A program made the translations under genes and the position numbers. Shown here in pieces: positions 36,316 to 43,900 of a stretch of 64,000 nt of DNA. The stretch's first letter is position 1; every line of letters starts with the position of its first letter. This DNA comes from Arenicellales bacterium (GTDB lineage Bacteria; Pseudomonadota; Gammaproteobacteria; Arenicellales; CBDCFT01): the NCBI GenBank assembly GCA_965216735.1, contig OZ244198.1, forward strand, positions 4,725,628 to 4,789,627, read 5' to 3'. Under the pieces are notes generated by a model, which saw only the letters and a list, made by a program, of their open reading frames with translations, was not told where the DNA came from and did not search any database.

Positions 36316-37956
36316 ATGCCGCAACCTGATTACGATGCCATCGTCATCGGTGCGGGCGCGGGCGGTGGATTCGCGGCGATGGCCCTGGCCGAACGTGGTG
36401 CGAAAGTATTGTCAATCGAACGCGGCAAACGTTTCAATTACAAAACCGACTATCCCATGAACTATCCTGACTGGGAATCGCGTTTGCATCCGTTGTCCAG
36501 TGTTGTGGAAACGTTTCAGCCTGTCGCTACACCGGAAATAGCCAAAACCGATAGCGACATTTGTTCCCGAATCACCGGGTCCCCATCACCACACGCACCT
36601 GGACGACGCGGACAGTTTCAGTATTTACGTTCTATCGGCGTGGGCGGATCCACCTTGCACTATCAAGGGGAAGCACACCGCTTTCCAAGCCACGCTTTTA
36701 GGTCGAAAACCCTATTTGGTTGGGGTGAAGACTGGCCCTTGTTCTATACCGAGTTGGAACCGTACTACGACCAGGTGGAAAAAATCCTGGGCGTCGCCGG
36801 GAATCCGGGTAATCCTTTTAAGGATAAACGTGGAGCATTTCCAACCCCTACCCACTCGTTATCCACCAAAAGCCAGCTCGTCGAGTTTGGCACAAAAAAA
36901 TTGGGTTGGTCGTTACTGCCGAATACGTTGGCGTTGCCCAGCCGCTCTATCGACAACCGTATGCCGTGTCAACATTCCGGCGGTTGTGTTCAAGGTTGTA
37001 TTTTCGGTGCCAAATCCAGTGTCGATCAAACCGCCATCGTGCATGGCGAAAAAACCGGAAACCTGACCGTGTTACCCGAAGCGCGGGTGGTGCAACTGGA
37101 GACGAATAAGAAAGGGGGTGTGACCGGTGTTGTGCTGGTACACAATAAAAAACGTCGACGCATTAGTGCACACAAGTACTTCCTTGCCTTGGGTGCGATT
37201 GAAACGCCTCGTTTGTTGTTGGCCAGTGCATCGAGCTCCCATCCGAATGGTATTGGCAATGCGCACGATCAGGTAGGTCGTTATCTTATGGAAACCATCA
37301 TAGCCAGCATGGAAATATTGGTCGAACAACCGGTGCATGCATACAAAGGCCCGCCCATCGACGCACGTATCTGGGATTTCAATTACCCATCAAAAGATTC
37401 CCGTGTGCGTTCGGGCTATGTATTGGGAGTGTCTGGCACATCGGCAGGCCCCCACGGACCGGTGTCTTACGCGAATAGTGTCCAGGGATTGGGTTTAGAA
37501 CACAAACGGAAGGTGCGTGACATCTTTGGCCGCAATGTCCAACTGTTCGGCATCGCGGAACACATGCCCCACTACGATAATCGATTAAGGCTAGGTGACA
37601 AGAAAGACGCCGATGGCGTGCCACTGGTAACCGTATTCAGCGACTACTCATTCGATGATCGCGAAACACTACGCGAAATGATCAATAAAATCGATACCTT
37701 GGCAGATGCTTGTGGTTTTTTAAACAAAGTGCGTTTGCATTCGAGCTACGACTCTCCATCTTCCACCCATGTCGCCGGCACCTGCCGTATGGGCAGTGAT
37801 CCGGAAAAAGCAGTAACCGATGAGTTGGGCAAAGTGTTTGGCGTCGGCAATCTTTACATTACCGACGCCAGCGTCTTACCGAGTCAGGGAGCGGGCGATT
37901 CCCCGTCCCTGACTATTCAAGCCTTGGCGTTACGAACAGTTCGAATGTTGTCGTGA
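36316..37956 (+). CDS. GMC-family FAD oxidoreductase (no signal peptide of its own)
   Basis: YDAIVIGAGAGGGFAAMALAERGAKV FAD motif. C-terminal GTCRMGSDPEKAVTDELGKVFGVGNLYITDASVLP GMC signature. Confidence 0.85.
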   Translation: MPQPDYDAIVIGAGAGGGFAAMALAERGAKVLSIERGKRFNYKTDYPMNYPDWESRLHPLSSVVETFQPVATPEIAKTDSDICSRITGSPSPHAPGRRGQFQYLRSIGVGGSTLHYQGEAHRFPSHAFRSKTLFGWGEDWPLFYTELEPYYDQVEKILGVAGNPGNPFKDKRGAFPTPTHSLSTKSQLVEFGTKKLGWSLLPNTLALPSRSIDNRMPCQHSGGCVQGCIFGAKSSVDQTAIVHGEKTGNLTVLPEARVVQLETNKKGGVTGVVLVHNKKRRRISAHKYFLALGAIETPRLLLASASSSHPNGIGNAHDQVGRYLMETIIASMEILVEQPVHAYKGPPIDARIWDFNYPSKDSRVRSGYVLGVSGTSAGPHGPVSYANSVQGLGLEHKRKVRDIFGRNVQLFGIAEHMPHYDNRLRLGDKKDADGVPLVTVFSDYSFDDRETLREMINKIDTLADACGFLNKVRLHSSYDSPSSTHVAGTCRMGSDPEKAVTDELGKVFGVGNLYITDASVLPSQGAGDSPSLTIQALALRTVRMLS

Positions 37957-37990
37957 CGTGTAACGCTTTGCTGATAGCCAGATCAACGGA

Positions 37991-38614
37991 TTAAAGGGAG
38001 CAAAATGGCTCACTTGGGCACCCGCTCCCTACCGATAGTGTTCCAGAACTAGCGTAAGTCCCGGACAACGTGAAATCCGCGCCACTCGCTGAAACGCTAT
38101 TAACGGCGATGGATTCCATGCCAAGAATGCAGTTATTGACGTCGACCATGTCCACGGCGCCACCACCCACCACGCCACTTGCGGTGAGGAACGAACCATT
38201 GCCCAGCACTGCCAACGTTGCCGTGAAGTTCGTGCCGTTTACCTCAATACACATGTCAGCAGAATCCTGCGGCAATCCACCGGCATACGCATTTGGAATG
38301 ACTGTATCCAGGATGGTGGCGTATAAACCTTCTTGCGGTTGATCGATACTATTAATAGGAGTTATGGTGACGGAGAACTGACCTCTGAAATTGATGATTG
38401 GCAATGTCGTAGTTGGCGCGGGTGTGGTAGGCACCACGGTGGTTTGCGCATGAGCAGGCAGTATCACACTGTCCACCACCGGTTTGGTCCATTTGGTCGG
38501 TAGTGTTTGGCTGGCCGCAACAGCGGCACCGCTACCGACTAAGAGTCTCTTTAACGCTTTGCGTCGTGCTGTCGGTTGCTCCGGTGGTTGTGATGAATCA
38601 AACGCTTGTTTCAT
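37991..38614 (-). CDS. P3: Tat-like-leader family secreted protein, 4-Cys beta-rich domain
   Basis: I chose the start at MKQAFDSS (ATG 38614) because AAGGAGAA lies upstream and it aligns with P4. Leader TARRKALKRLLVGSGAAVAASQTLPTKWTKPVVDSVILPAHAQTTVVPTTPAPTTT. Confidence 0.75.
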   Translation of the reverse strand: MKQAFDSSQPPEQPTARRKALKRLLVGSGAAVAASQTLPTKWTKPVVDSVILPAHAQTTVVPTTPAPTTTLPIINFRGQFSVTITPINSIDQPQEGLYATILDTVIPNAYAGGLPQDSADMCIEVNGTNFTATLAVLGNGSFLTASGVVGGGAVDMVDVNNCILGMESIAVNSVSASGADFTLSGTYASSGTLSVGSGCPSEPFCSL

Positions 38615-38822
38615 AAGATTTCTCCTTTTCTTCAGTGCGGTTTTAATCAAACCTCGGTGATATCGTAGCTTCATTCATTGCTAAATTTACCGATTTAGGG
38701 TGCCGATGATTCCGATTCTCCGTCTGTCTATCCAATCGCCAACGTTAGCGATAGTGAGCAAAATGTAGAGCATGAACCATGGCTAAAATTGTTGTTTCGT
38801 GTCATAAGGTCAATACTCGTTC

Positions 38823-39452
38823 TTAAGTAAAGATTGGGATACAGTTTCCCGGATCACTGGGGCAACCGTTACCGGTTGGCAGCATTCCGCTAGCGGTAAA
38901 GAAACCGGACATCGTGAAATCCGCTCCACCGGGTGACACGCTATTCACCGAAAGAAATGTGTCGGATACTTCACAAGCGTTCGGGTTGTCCATAATCACT
39001 GGACCTCCACCTACAGTGCCACTGGCGGTCAAGAAAATGGGATCAGTAGCAGTAGGACGAGTAAAGTCAAATCTCACAGCCGCGGTGAAACTGGTACCGT
39101 CCACTGCAATACACATGTCACCGGATTGTGTCGAAGTACCAGCGTGTGCTTTTGGAACGATTGAATCCAGTATGGCAAACAGGCTTTCTGGCTCGTTATT
39201 AATTGTTACTATAGCGTTTGCTGAAACAGGACCCCTGAAATTGATTACTGGTGCCGCCGTCGTAGTGGGCACCACGGTGGTTTGCGCATGCGCCGGTAGT
39301 ATCACACTGTCCACCACTGGTTTGGTCCACTTGGTCGGTAGTGTTTGGCTGGCCGCGACAGCAGCACCGCTACCGACTAAGAGTTTCTTTAACGCTTTTC
39401 GCCGCGCCGTCGGTTGCTCCGGCGGTTGTGATAAATCAAACGTTTGTTTCAT
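38823..39452 (-). CDS. P4: Tat-like-leader family secreted protein
   Basis: The leader differs from P3 at 3 residues out of about 62. The mature part is diverged but keeps 4 Cys (DMCIAV, NACEVS, GNGCPSDPGNC). Confidence 0.75.
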   Translation of the reverse strand: MKQTFDLSQPPEQPTARRKALKKLLVGSGAAVAASQTLPTKWTKPVVDSVILPAHAQTTVVPTTTAAPVINFRGPVSANAIVTINNEPESLFAILDSIVPKAHAGTSTQSGDMCIAVDGTSFTAAVRFDFTRPTATDPIFLTASGTVGGGPVIMDNPNACEVSDTFLSVNSVSPGGADFTMSGFFTASGMLPTGNGCPSDPGNCIPIFT

Positions 39453-39625
39453 AAGGTTTCCCCTTCTCGTCGATAATATTCTTAATCAAAACTTGGTTAC
39501 GTCATGATTTTATGGACTACGCTTTAGTGATTCCCGAAAAATATATGATAGCTTTGTTTGTTCCATACCGCTCAAGTCCTCAGATAGGTAGGGGTATTTG
39601 TAGGAACTAGGTGCTAAGCTGATGT

Positions 39626-40240
39626 TTATTCGCAACCAACGAAAGGATCAGTGGGACAACCGCTACCGACCGGTAATACACCACTCGCGTTGAAGAGACC
39701 CGATAGCGTGTAGTCGGCACCAGCGGTTGATGCACTATTGACCGACAGATCTGTTGGGGTAGAGCGACACCCATCGACATCGGTCATGGTGACTGAACCA
39801 CCCCCTACTATGCCACTCGCTGTAAAAATATCAGTATCAACTACTAGTGTTGCGGTGAAGCTGGTGCCATTGACTTCAATGCACATGTCTGCGGGTCTCT
39901 GAGTGAATCCACCGGCGTGCGCATTGGGAATGACCGTATCCAGGATGGTGGCGTACAAACCTTCTTGCGGTTGGTCGATACTATTAATAATAGGATTGTT
40001 TTGTTGGCCAGCAGTAAATTGACCTCTGAAATTTTGCATAAACACCGTTGTGGTAGGCACCACGGTGGTTTGTGCATGAGCCGGTAATATCACACTGTCC
40101 ACTACCGGTTTGGTCCATTTTGTGGGTAAGGCGTGACTGGCGGCTACTGCGGCGCCGCCACCGACTAACAACTTTTTTAAAGCCTTTCGCCGAGTAGGTG
40201 TGTGGTCTTTGGATACGACTTGGTTTTCTGATGAACTCAT
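39626..40240 (-). CDS. P5: Tat-like-leader family secreted protein
   Basis: I chose the start at MSSSENQ (GGGAGG upstream). Leader TRRKALKKLLVGGGAAVAASHALPTKWTKPVVDSVILPAHAQTT. The mature domain is close to P6. Confidence 0.75.
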   Translation of the reverse strand: MSSSENQVVSKDHTPTRRKALKKLLVGGGAAVAASHALPTKWTKPVVDSVILPAHAQTTVVPTTTVFMQNFRGQFTAGQQNNPIINSIDQPQEGLYATILDTVIPNAHAGGFTQRPADMCIEVNGTSFTATLVVDTDIFTASGIVGGGSVTMTDVDGCRSTPTDLSVNSASTAGADYTLSGLFNASGVLPVGSGCPTDPFVGCE

Positions 40241-40508
40241 CAACGGCCTCCCATTCATGAAATTTTGATGTTTCTACTCAACCACTTATGAGATATGTAT
40301 CATAAATATTATCAAATAGCCACAAAACAACATTGTTCGTACTAAGGTTTATTAATATTAGATATTATTAATAAAACACAAATCTATATACCGGCCGATA
40401 CCGTTAGATGACATGAATGACTGTTACAGGAAACTTTTTTTGGTGGACGTCATAGTACGCTGACAAATGTCAGAGGCGGAAACCGAATTCCCAAATCGAG
40501 CCCCACTG

Positions 40509-40586
40509 CGTTTGGGACATGATCCAGAAAAAGCGATGGTGACTGAATTCGGCAAGGTGTTCGGCGTCGGTAACCTTTTTATTTCT
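40509..40586 (+). pseudogene. remnant of the 3' end of a second GMC oxidoreductase gene
   Basis: It translates to RLGHDPEKAMVTEFGKVFGVGNLFIS, versus CRMGSDPEKAVTDELGKVFGVGNLYIT at the C-terminus of 36316..37956. There is no upstream ORF. The position relative to P6 mirrors that of the intact GMC gene relative to P3. Confidence 0.65.
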
Positions 40587-40621
40587 CAATTTAGGTATGG
40601 GTGACGGGGCTAAGCTATTGT

Positions 40622-41197
40622 TTAATCACAACCAACAATAGGATCAGTCGGACAACCGCTACCTGCCGGCAACATACCACTCGTGCTGTAAAAACCCGAT
40701 AACGTGTAGTCGGCACCAGCGGATGATGCACTATTGACAGTCAACTCTGTTGGCACAGAAGTACACCCATCGACATCGGTCAAGGTAACCGGACCTCCGC
40801 CGACCGTACCACTCGCCGTGAATAAAATATCATTGTTTACTAACAGTGTTGCGGTGAAACTGGTGCCATTGACTTCAATACACATGTCGGCCGGTGACAT
40901 ACGAAATCCGGCATGCGCTTTTGGAATTACCGTATCCAGGATGGTGGCGTATAAACCTTCTTGCGGTTGGTCGATGCTACCAAAGTTTATGTCAACGGAG
41001 AACTGGCCCCTGAAATTTTGCATAAACACCGTTGTGGTAGGCACCACGGTGGTTTGTGCATGAGCCGGCAGTAGGACACTGTCCACCACCGGTTTGGTCC
41101 ATGTGGCCGGTAGCTGGGTTGCACCGACCACACCCCCCGCCAAGCCCAACAACGCCCTACGACGTGCCGTCGGAATACGCTGTTTATCTTCTTGCAT
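40622..41197 (-). CDS. P6: Tat-like-leader family secreted protein
   Basis: I chose the start at MQEDKQRIP (GGAGACGGAGAG upstream). Leader TARRRALLGLAGGVVGATQLPATWTKPVVDSVLLPAHAQTT. The ORF extends to 41260. Confidence 0.75.
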   Translation of the reverse strand: MQEDKQRIPTARRRALLGLAGGVVGATQLPATWTKPVVDSVLLPAHAQTTVVPTTTVFMQNFRGQFSVDINFGSIDQPQEGLYATILDTVIPKAHAGFRMSPADMCIEVNGTSFTATLLVNNDILFTASGTVGGGPVTLTDVDGCTSVPTELTVNSASSAGADYTLSGFYSTSGMLPAGSGCPTDPIVGCD

Positions 41198-41376
41198 CTC
41201 TCCGTCTCCCCATAAAGTGTCGAATTTTCTAAAACCCGGCTTTACAACGACAGGTTTCATTTAAAACGGGCACAACGAAGGAGCCCGCTCTCTGCTTGGT
41301 GTCCAATGAATTATCAGACATTCCTTCGTGATAGTTGCTACTGGAAAGCAGTTAAACCAATGACAGCGACGAGCGC

Positions 41377-42534
41377 ATGACCCATTTGGGCTATAATTTA
41401 AGTGTAAAACTGCGGGGACTAAGCCATATGGTGGAACGATCACAGGAGGACAAAGTATCGGCCGAGATTGTCGAGAGGATTTACCGCGACATTTCTACCC
41501 TCGATCTGCCTGATTTACTTAAACAAATAGCGAGTCTCATCGGCGTCGCTGAAGTCGCCATCTACACCGCGCCGCCCGGTTCAGAACAATTCCAGTCTGT
41601 CATTGGCGGATGTATTGAAGACAGCGTTCATCAACAATATGTCGATACGTATCAGCACGGTGACGTCCAAATACAACGACTGTTGCGTACTAAACATATC
41701 GATTTTCTAACTGGGGAAGATCTAACGACTTTTGAAGAACTCAAACATTGTTGTGTCCACAATGATTACCTAAGACCGAACGGTATTGATTCACAACTGG
41801 TCTACGCAATGCATGGGGAGCATGGTCATAGGCGGACGTTCGTCGCTATGAGGGAGTGCGAGGCCGGACCTTATCAGGATTGGCAAATCGCTCTATTCAA
41901 GGCGATCGCAGGAAAAATCAAAGACAGTCTTAACCTGCGCGATACGATACACCAACTTCACTTCGATAATACTATATCTAACCTAGTACTGGAGAGCGCA
42001 AGCGTCGGACTTGCTGTGTTGAATGATGAGTTTGTTCCTGTTTATGTAAACGAGGTGTTTCGTAATATCGTAAAACAAACGAAATGTCTCGATCTACAAA
42101 ACGGTCGCATCCGCTGCAACAATGAATACGACAAAACGCTGACACAGTTACTTCAAAATGCAATGATTGGTCAATCTGGCAGTATGTGTCTACAAAGAAA
42201 CGGCACAATGACTAGATTAGAAGTCACTCGGTTTATCGATTCATTTGACGAAGATTTATTGTTTTCATCTGATGCTCGAATTCTCTTGTTACTGCGGCAA
42301 GAACGAGCGATAAAAAAGTTTGATCTTGTTGCGATTAAACATCACTTGGGTATTTCACATGCCGAATCACGGCTTGTTTTTCACCTCGTAAATGGAGGCA
42401 CGATCAATAGCTACGCCACTCAGTGGCGCGTCAGTACGCACACAGCCAGAAACCAACTGAAATCGGTTTTTAACAAGACAGGACTTCATTCACAAAAAGA
42501 GTTGGTAGCCAAGATATATCTTGATCTTGGTTGA
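41377..42534 (+). CDS. LuxR-family (C-terminal HTH) transcriptional regulator with an uncharacterised N-terminal sensory region
   Basis: C-terminal HLGISHAESRLVFHLVNGGTINSYATQWRVSTHTARNQLKSVFNKTGLHSQKELV is a GerE/LuxR-type HTH. An alternative start exists at 41428. Divergent from P6. Confidence 0.7.
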   Translation: MTHLGYNLSVKLRGLSHMVERSQEDKVSAEIVERIYRDISTLDLPDLLKQIASLIGVAEVAIYTAPPGSEQFQSVIGGCIEDSVHQQYVDTYQHGDVQIQRLLRTKHIDFLTGEDLTTFEELKHCCVHNDYLRPNGIDSQLVYAMHGEHGHRRTFVAMRECEAGPYQDWQIALFKAIAGKIKDSLNLRDTIHQLHFDNTISNLVLESASVGLAVLNDEFVPVYVNEVFRNIVKQTKCLDLQNGRIRCNNEYDKTLTQLLQNAMIGQSGSMCLQRNGTMTRLEVTRFIDSFDEDLLFSSDARILLLLRQERAIKKFDLVAIKHHLGISHAESRLVFHLVNGGTINSYATQWRVSTHTARNQLKSVFNKTGLHSQKELVAKIYLDLG

Positions 42535-42671
42535 AACGGTCGTTAAGAAAGCTTGGTTTAGTTCGTGTATGAACGATGACCTGCCTTCGAACGGCTAAAT
42601 CGTTTGCGTCGTTTTGGATGTTGTTGCGAACGCCGCACAATACGGTGAACACGTTTCGGAAAAGAGTATAA

Positions 42672-43841
42672 CTAGTTATCAACAGGGGCTTGGTTGCGAA
42701 TACGATACAGGGTATACCGTAGCGTGGAACGTATACGTTGAATCATCCAAAATCCAATACGCGTCCAATGCCGTATACACCGGATCGGTCCGGAGACGTC
42801 CTGCTCCGGTGGTACGCCGTAGTACAAGTGCCACCACCAGGCCGGTGGCCAAACGATGCTTCTTAGATACTTTAAACTGCGTCGATAGTTGCGGATTGAC
42901 CACGGCACACTGGACAGTGTGGGAATACCCCGACCCGCGCCCGATGGAGCGGGCACAGTGGGCGGCGATATTCTGCGCTGTAATATCGGCGGCATCGGGG
43001 AAACGTAGTGTAAACAACGTATGGTGTTTTCGATGATCGGATGGTTCTGTTTAAGCGAAAGCCAATCGATGTCCTCATCAAAATGCGCACAGTAAGCATA
43101 AACGTCTACAATGGATATAAGCTTTGTTTCCATCACAGGCTCTGCTAAATGACGGCACAAGTGCTTCAACATATCCGCATGGCCGAGATGCTGGGCAGAT
43201 ACTTCGCTGACCGAGTAATTTTGAACTTCACTCATGAGGTTTTTCATTGAGATAGAGGCGCGGGCGTCCGGAGCAATCGCGTCGCGGTGGACCTCGACGC
43301 TGATAGCGAGTCCGTCAAACTCTTTCTTGGCGATGGCCATGTGATGATGATCGAACTTTACGCCGGGTCTAACTAAAGACGCACCACTGTAACCGAGTGA
43401 GCCCAACAGTTGCTGGGCCCGGTTGCATTTATCTTCGTCCACCAAGAGATCGATATCCGACATCGGTCTCAATTCCGGTGCGGGATAAACGGTGTAAGCC
43501 AGTGCTGCACCTTTCAAAACAATAACGGAAATATTCTGACTCTCTAGCTTTTGTAATATCTCGATGAGCGCGTGTGTGCGAACTTTTGTCGCATGCCGAT
43601 GACGTAGCGCCAACGATTTCAGCTGTAGTTCAGTGTCATTAGGAATTACGATGCCGAGTTGTTTGAGGTGCCGGTGCAGCAGCGGTGCCATACCATGTTG
43701 TTCGGCACGTTGGGCCAGTCCCTGCCAAACACTTTTGTCCTTAGCGAGTTGGTTTATAGATGTGACACGTTGATCATCCAGCTCCAGACAGGAGCAAGCG
43801 CGCAACAGGCGAGTAGATGAAGGCAAATCTTGACGTTGCAC
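42672..43841 (-). CDS. nucleotidyltransferase-family protein (NTP_transf_5 / PF14907-like)
   Basis: VIVLKGAALAYTVYPAPELRPMSDIDLLVDEDKCNRAQQLLGSLGY matches the LKG ... R.m.DIDLLV signature of this family. Confidence 0.7.
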   Translation of the reverse strand: MQRQDLPSSTRLLRACSCLELDDQRVTSINQLAKDKSVWQGLAQRAEQHGMAPLLHRHLKQLGIVIPNDTELQLKSLALRHRHATKVRTHALIEILQKLESQNISVIVLKGAALAYTVYPAPELRPMSDIDLLVDEDKCNRAQQLLGSLGYSGASLVRPGVKFDHHHMAIAKKEFDGLAISVEVHRDAIAPDARASISMKNLMSEVQNYSVSEVSAQHLGHADMLKHLCRHLAEPVMETKLISIVDVYAYCAHFDEDIDWLSLKQNHPIIENTIRCLHYVSPMPPILQRRISPPTVPAPSGAGRGIPTLSSVPWSIRNYRRSLKYLRSIVWPPAWWWHLYYGVPPEQDVSGPIRCIRHWTRIGFWMIQRIRSTLRYTLYRIRNQAPVDN

Positions 43842-43900
43842 GCGACGGTTAATCTATTGACCAAAACAATCGTAGTGTTTTCTCATCTCATGCAAGCACG

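Noticed and set aside
38070-41063. Long plus-strand ORFs antisense to the P genes (38070..38342, 38914..39507 at 197 aa, 40734..41063), and likewise 20600..20894 antisense to P1.
   Set aside because: The minus-strand products have RBSs, signal-type N-termini, conserved Cys positions and a plus-strand paralogue (P2) with the same protein motif. The antisense frames stay open only because of the Thr/Gly/Ala/Val-rich codon composition.
37991-41197. P proteins as lipoproteins or as sortase/exosortase (PEP-CTERM, LPXTG, GlyGly-CTERM) substrates.
   Set aside because: No lipobox Cys follows the h-region, and there is no C-terminal TM or basic anchor. The C-termini end in short Cys-containing tails (..GCE, ..GCD, ..FCSL).
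42614-43099. ORFs 42614..43036(+), 42679..43017(-) and 42872..43099(-).
   Set aside because: They are nested in or antisense to the 389-aa nucleotidyltransferase-family gene, which carries the DIDLLV signature.
32231-43841. Interpretation of the cluster as a conventional lasso-peptide (paeninodin-type) BGC.
   Set aside because: I could not find an Asn-synthetase-like cyclase, a transglutaminase-like B2 protease, or a short precursor with a Gly/Ala-1 and Asp/Glu-7-9 core anywhere in the window. Only the accessory enzyme set is present.
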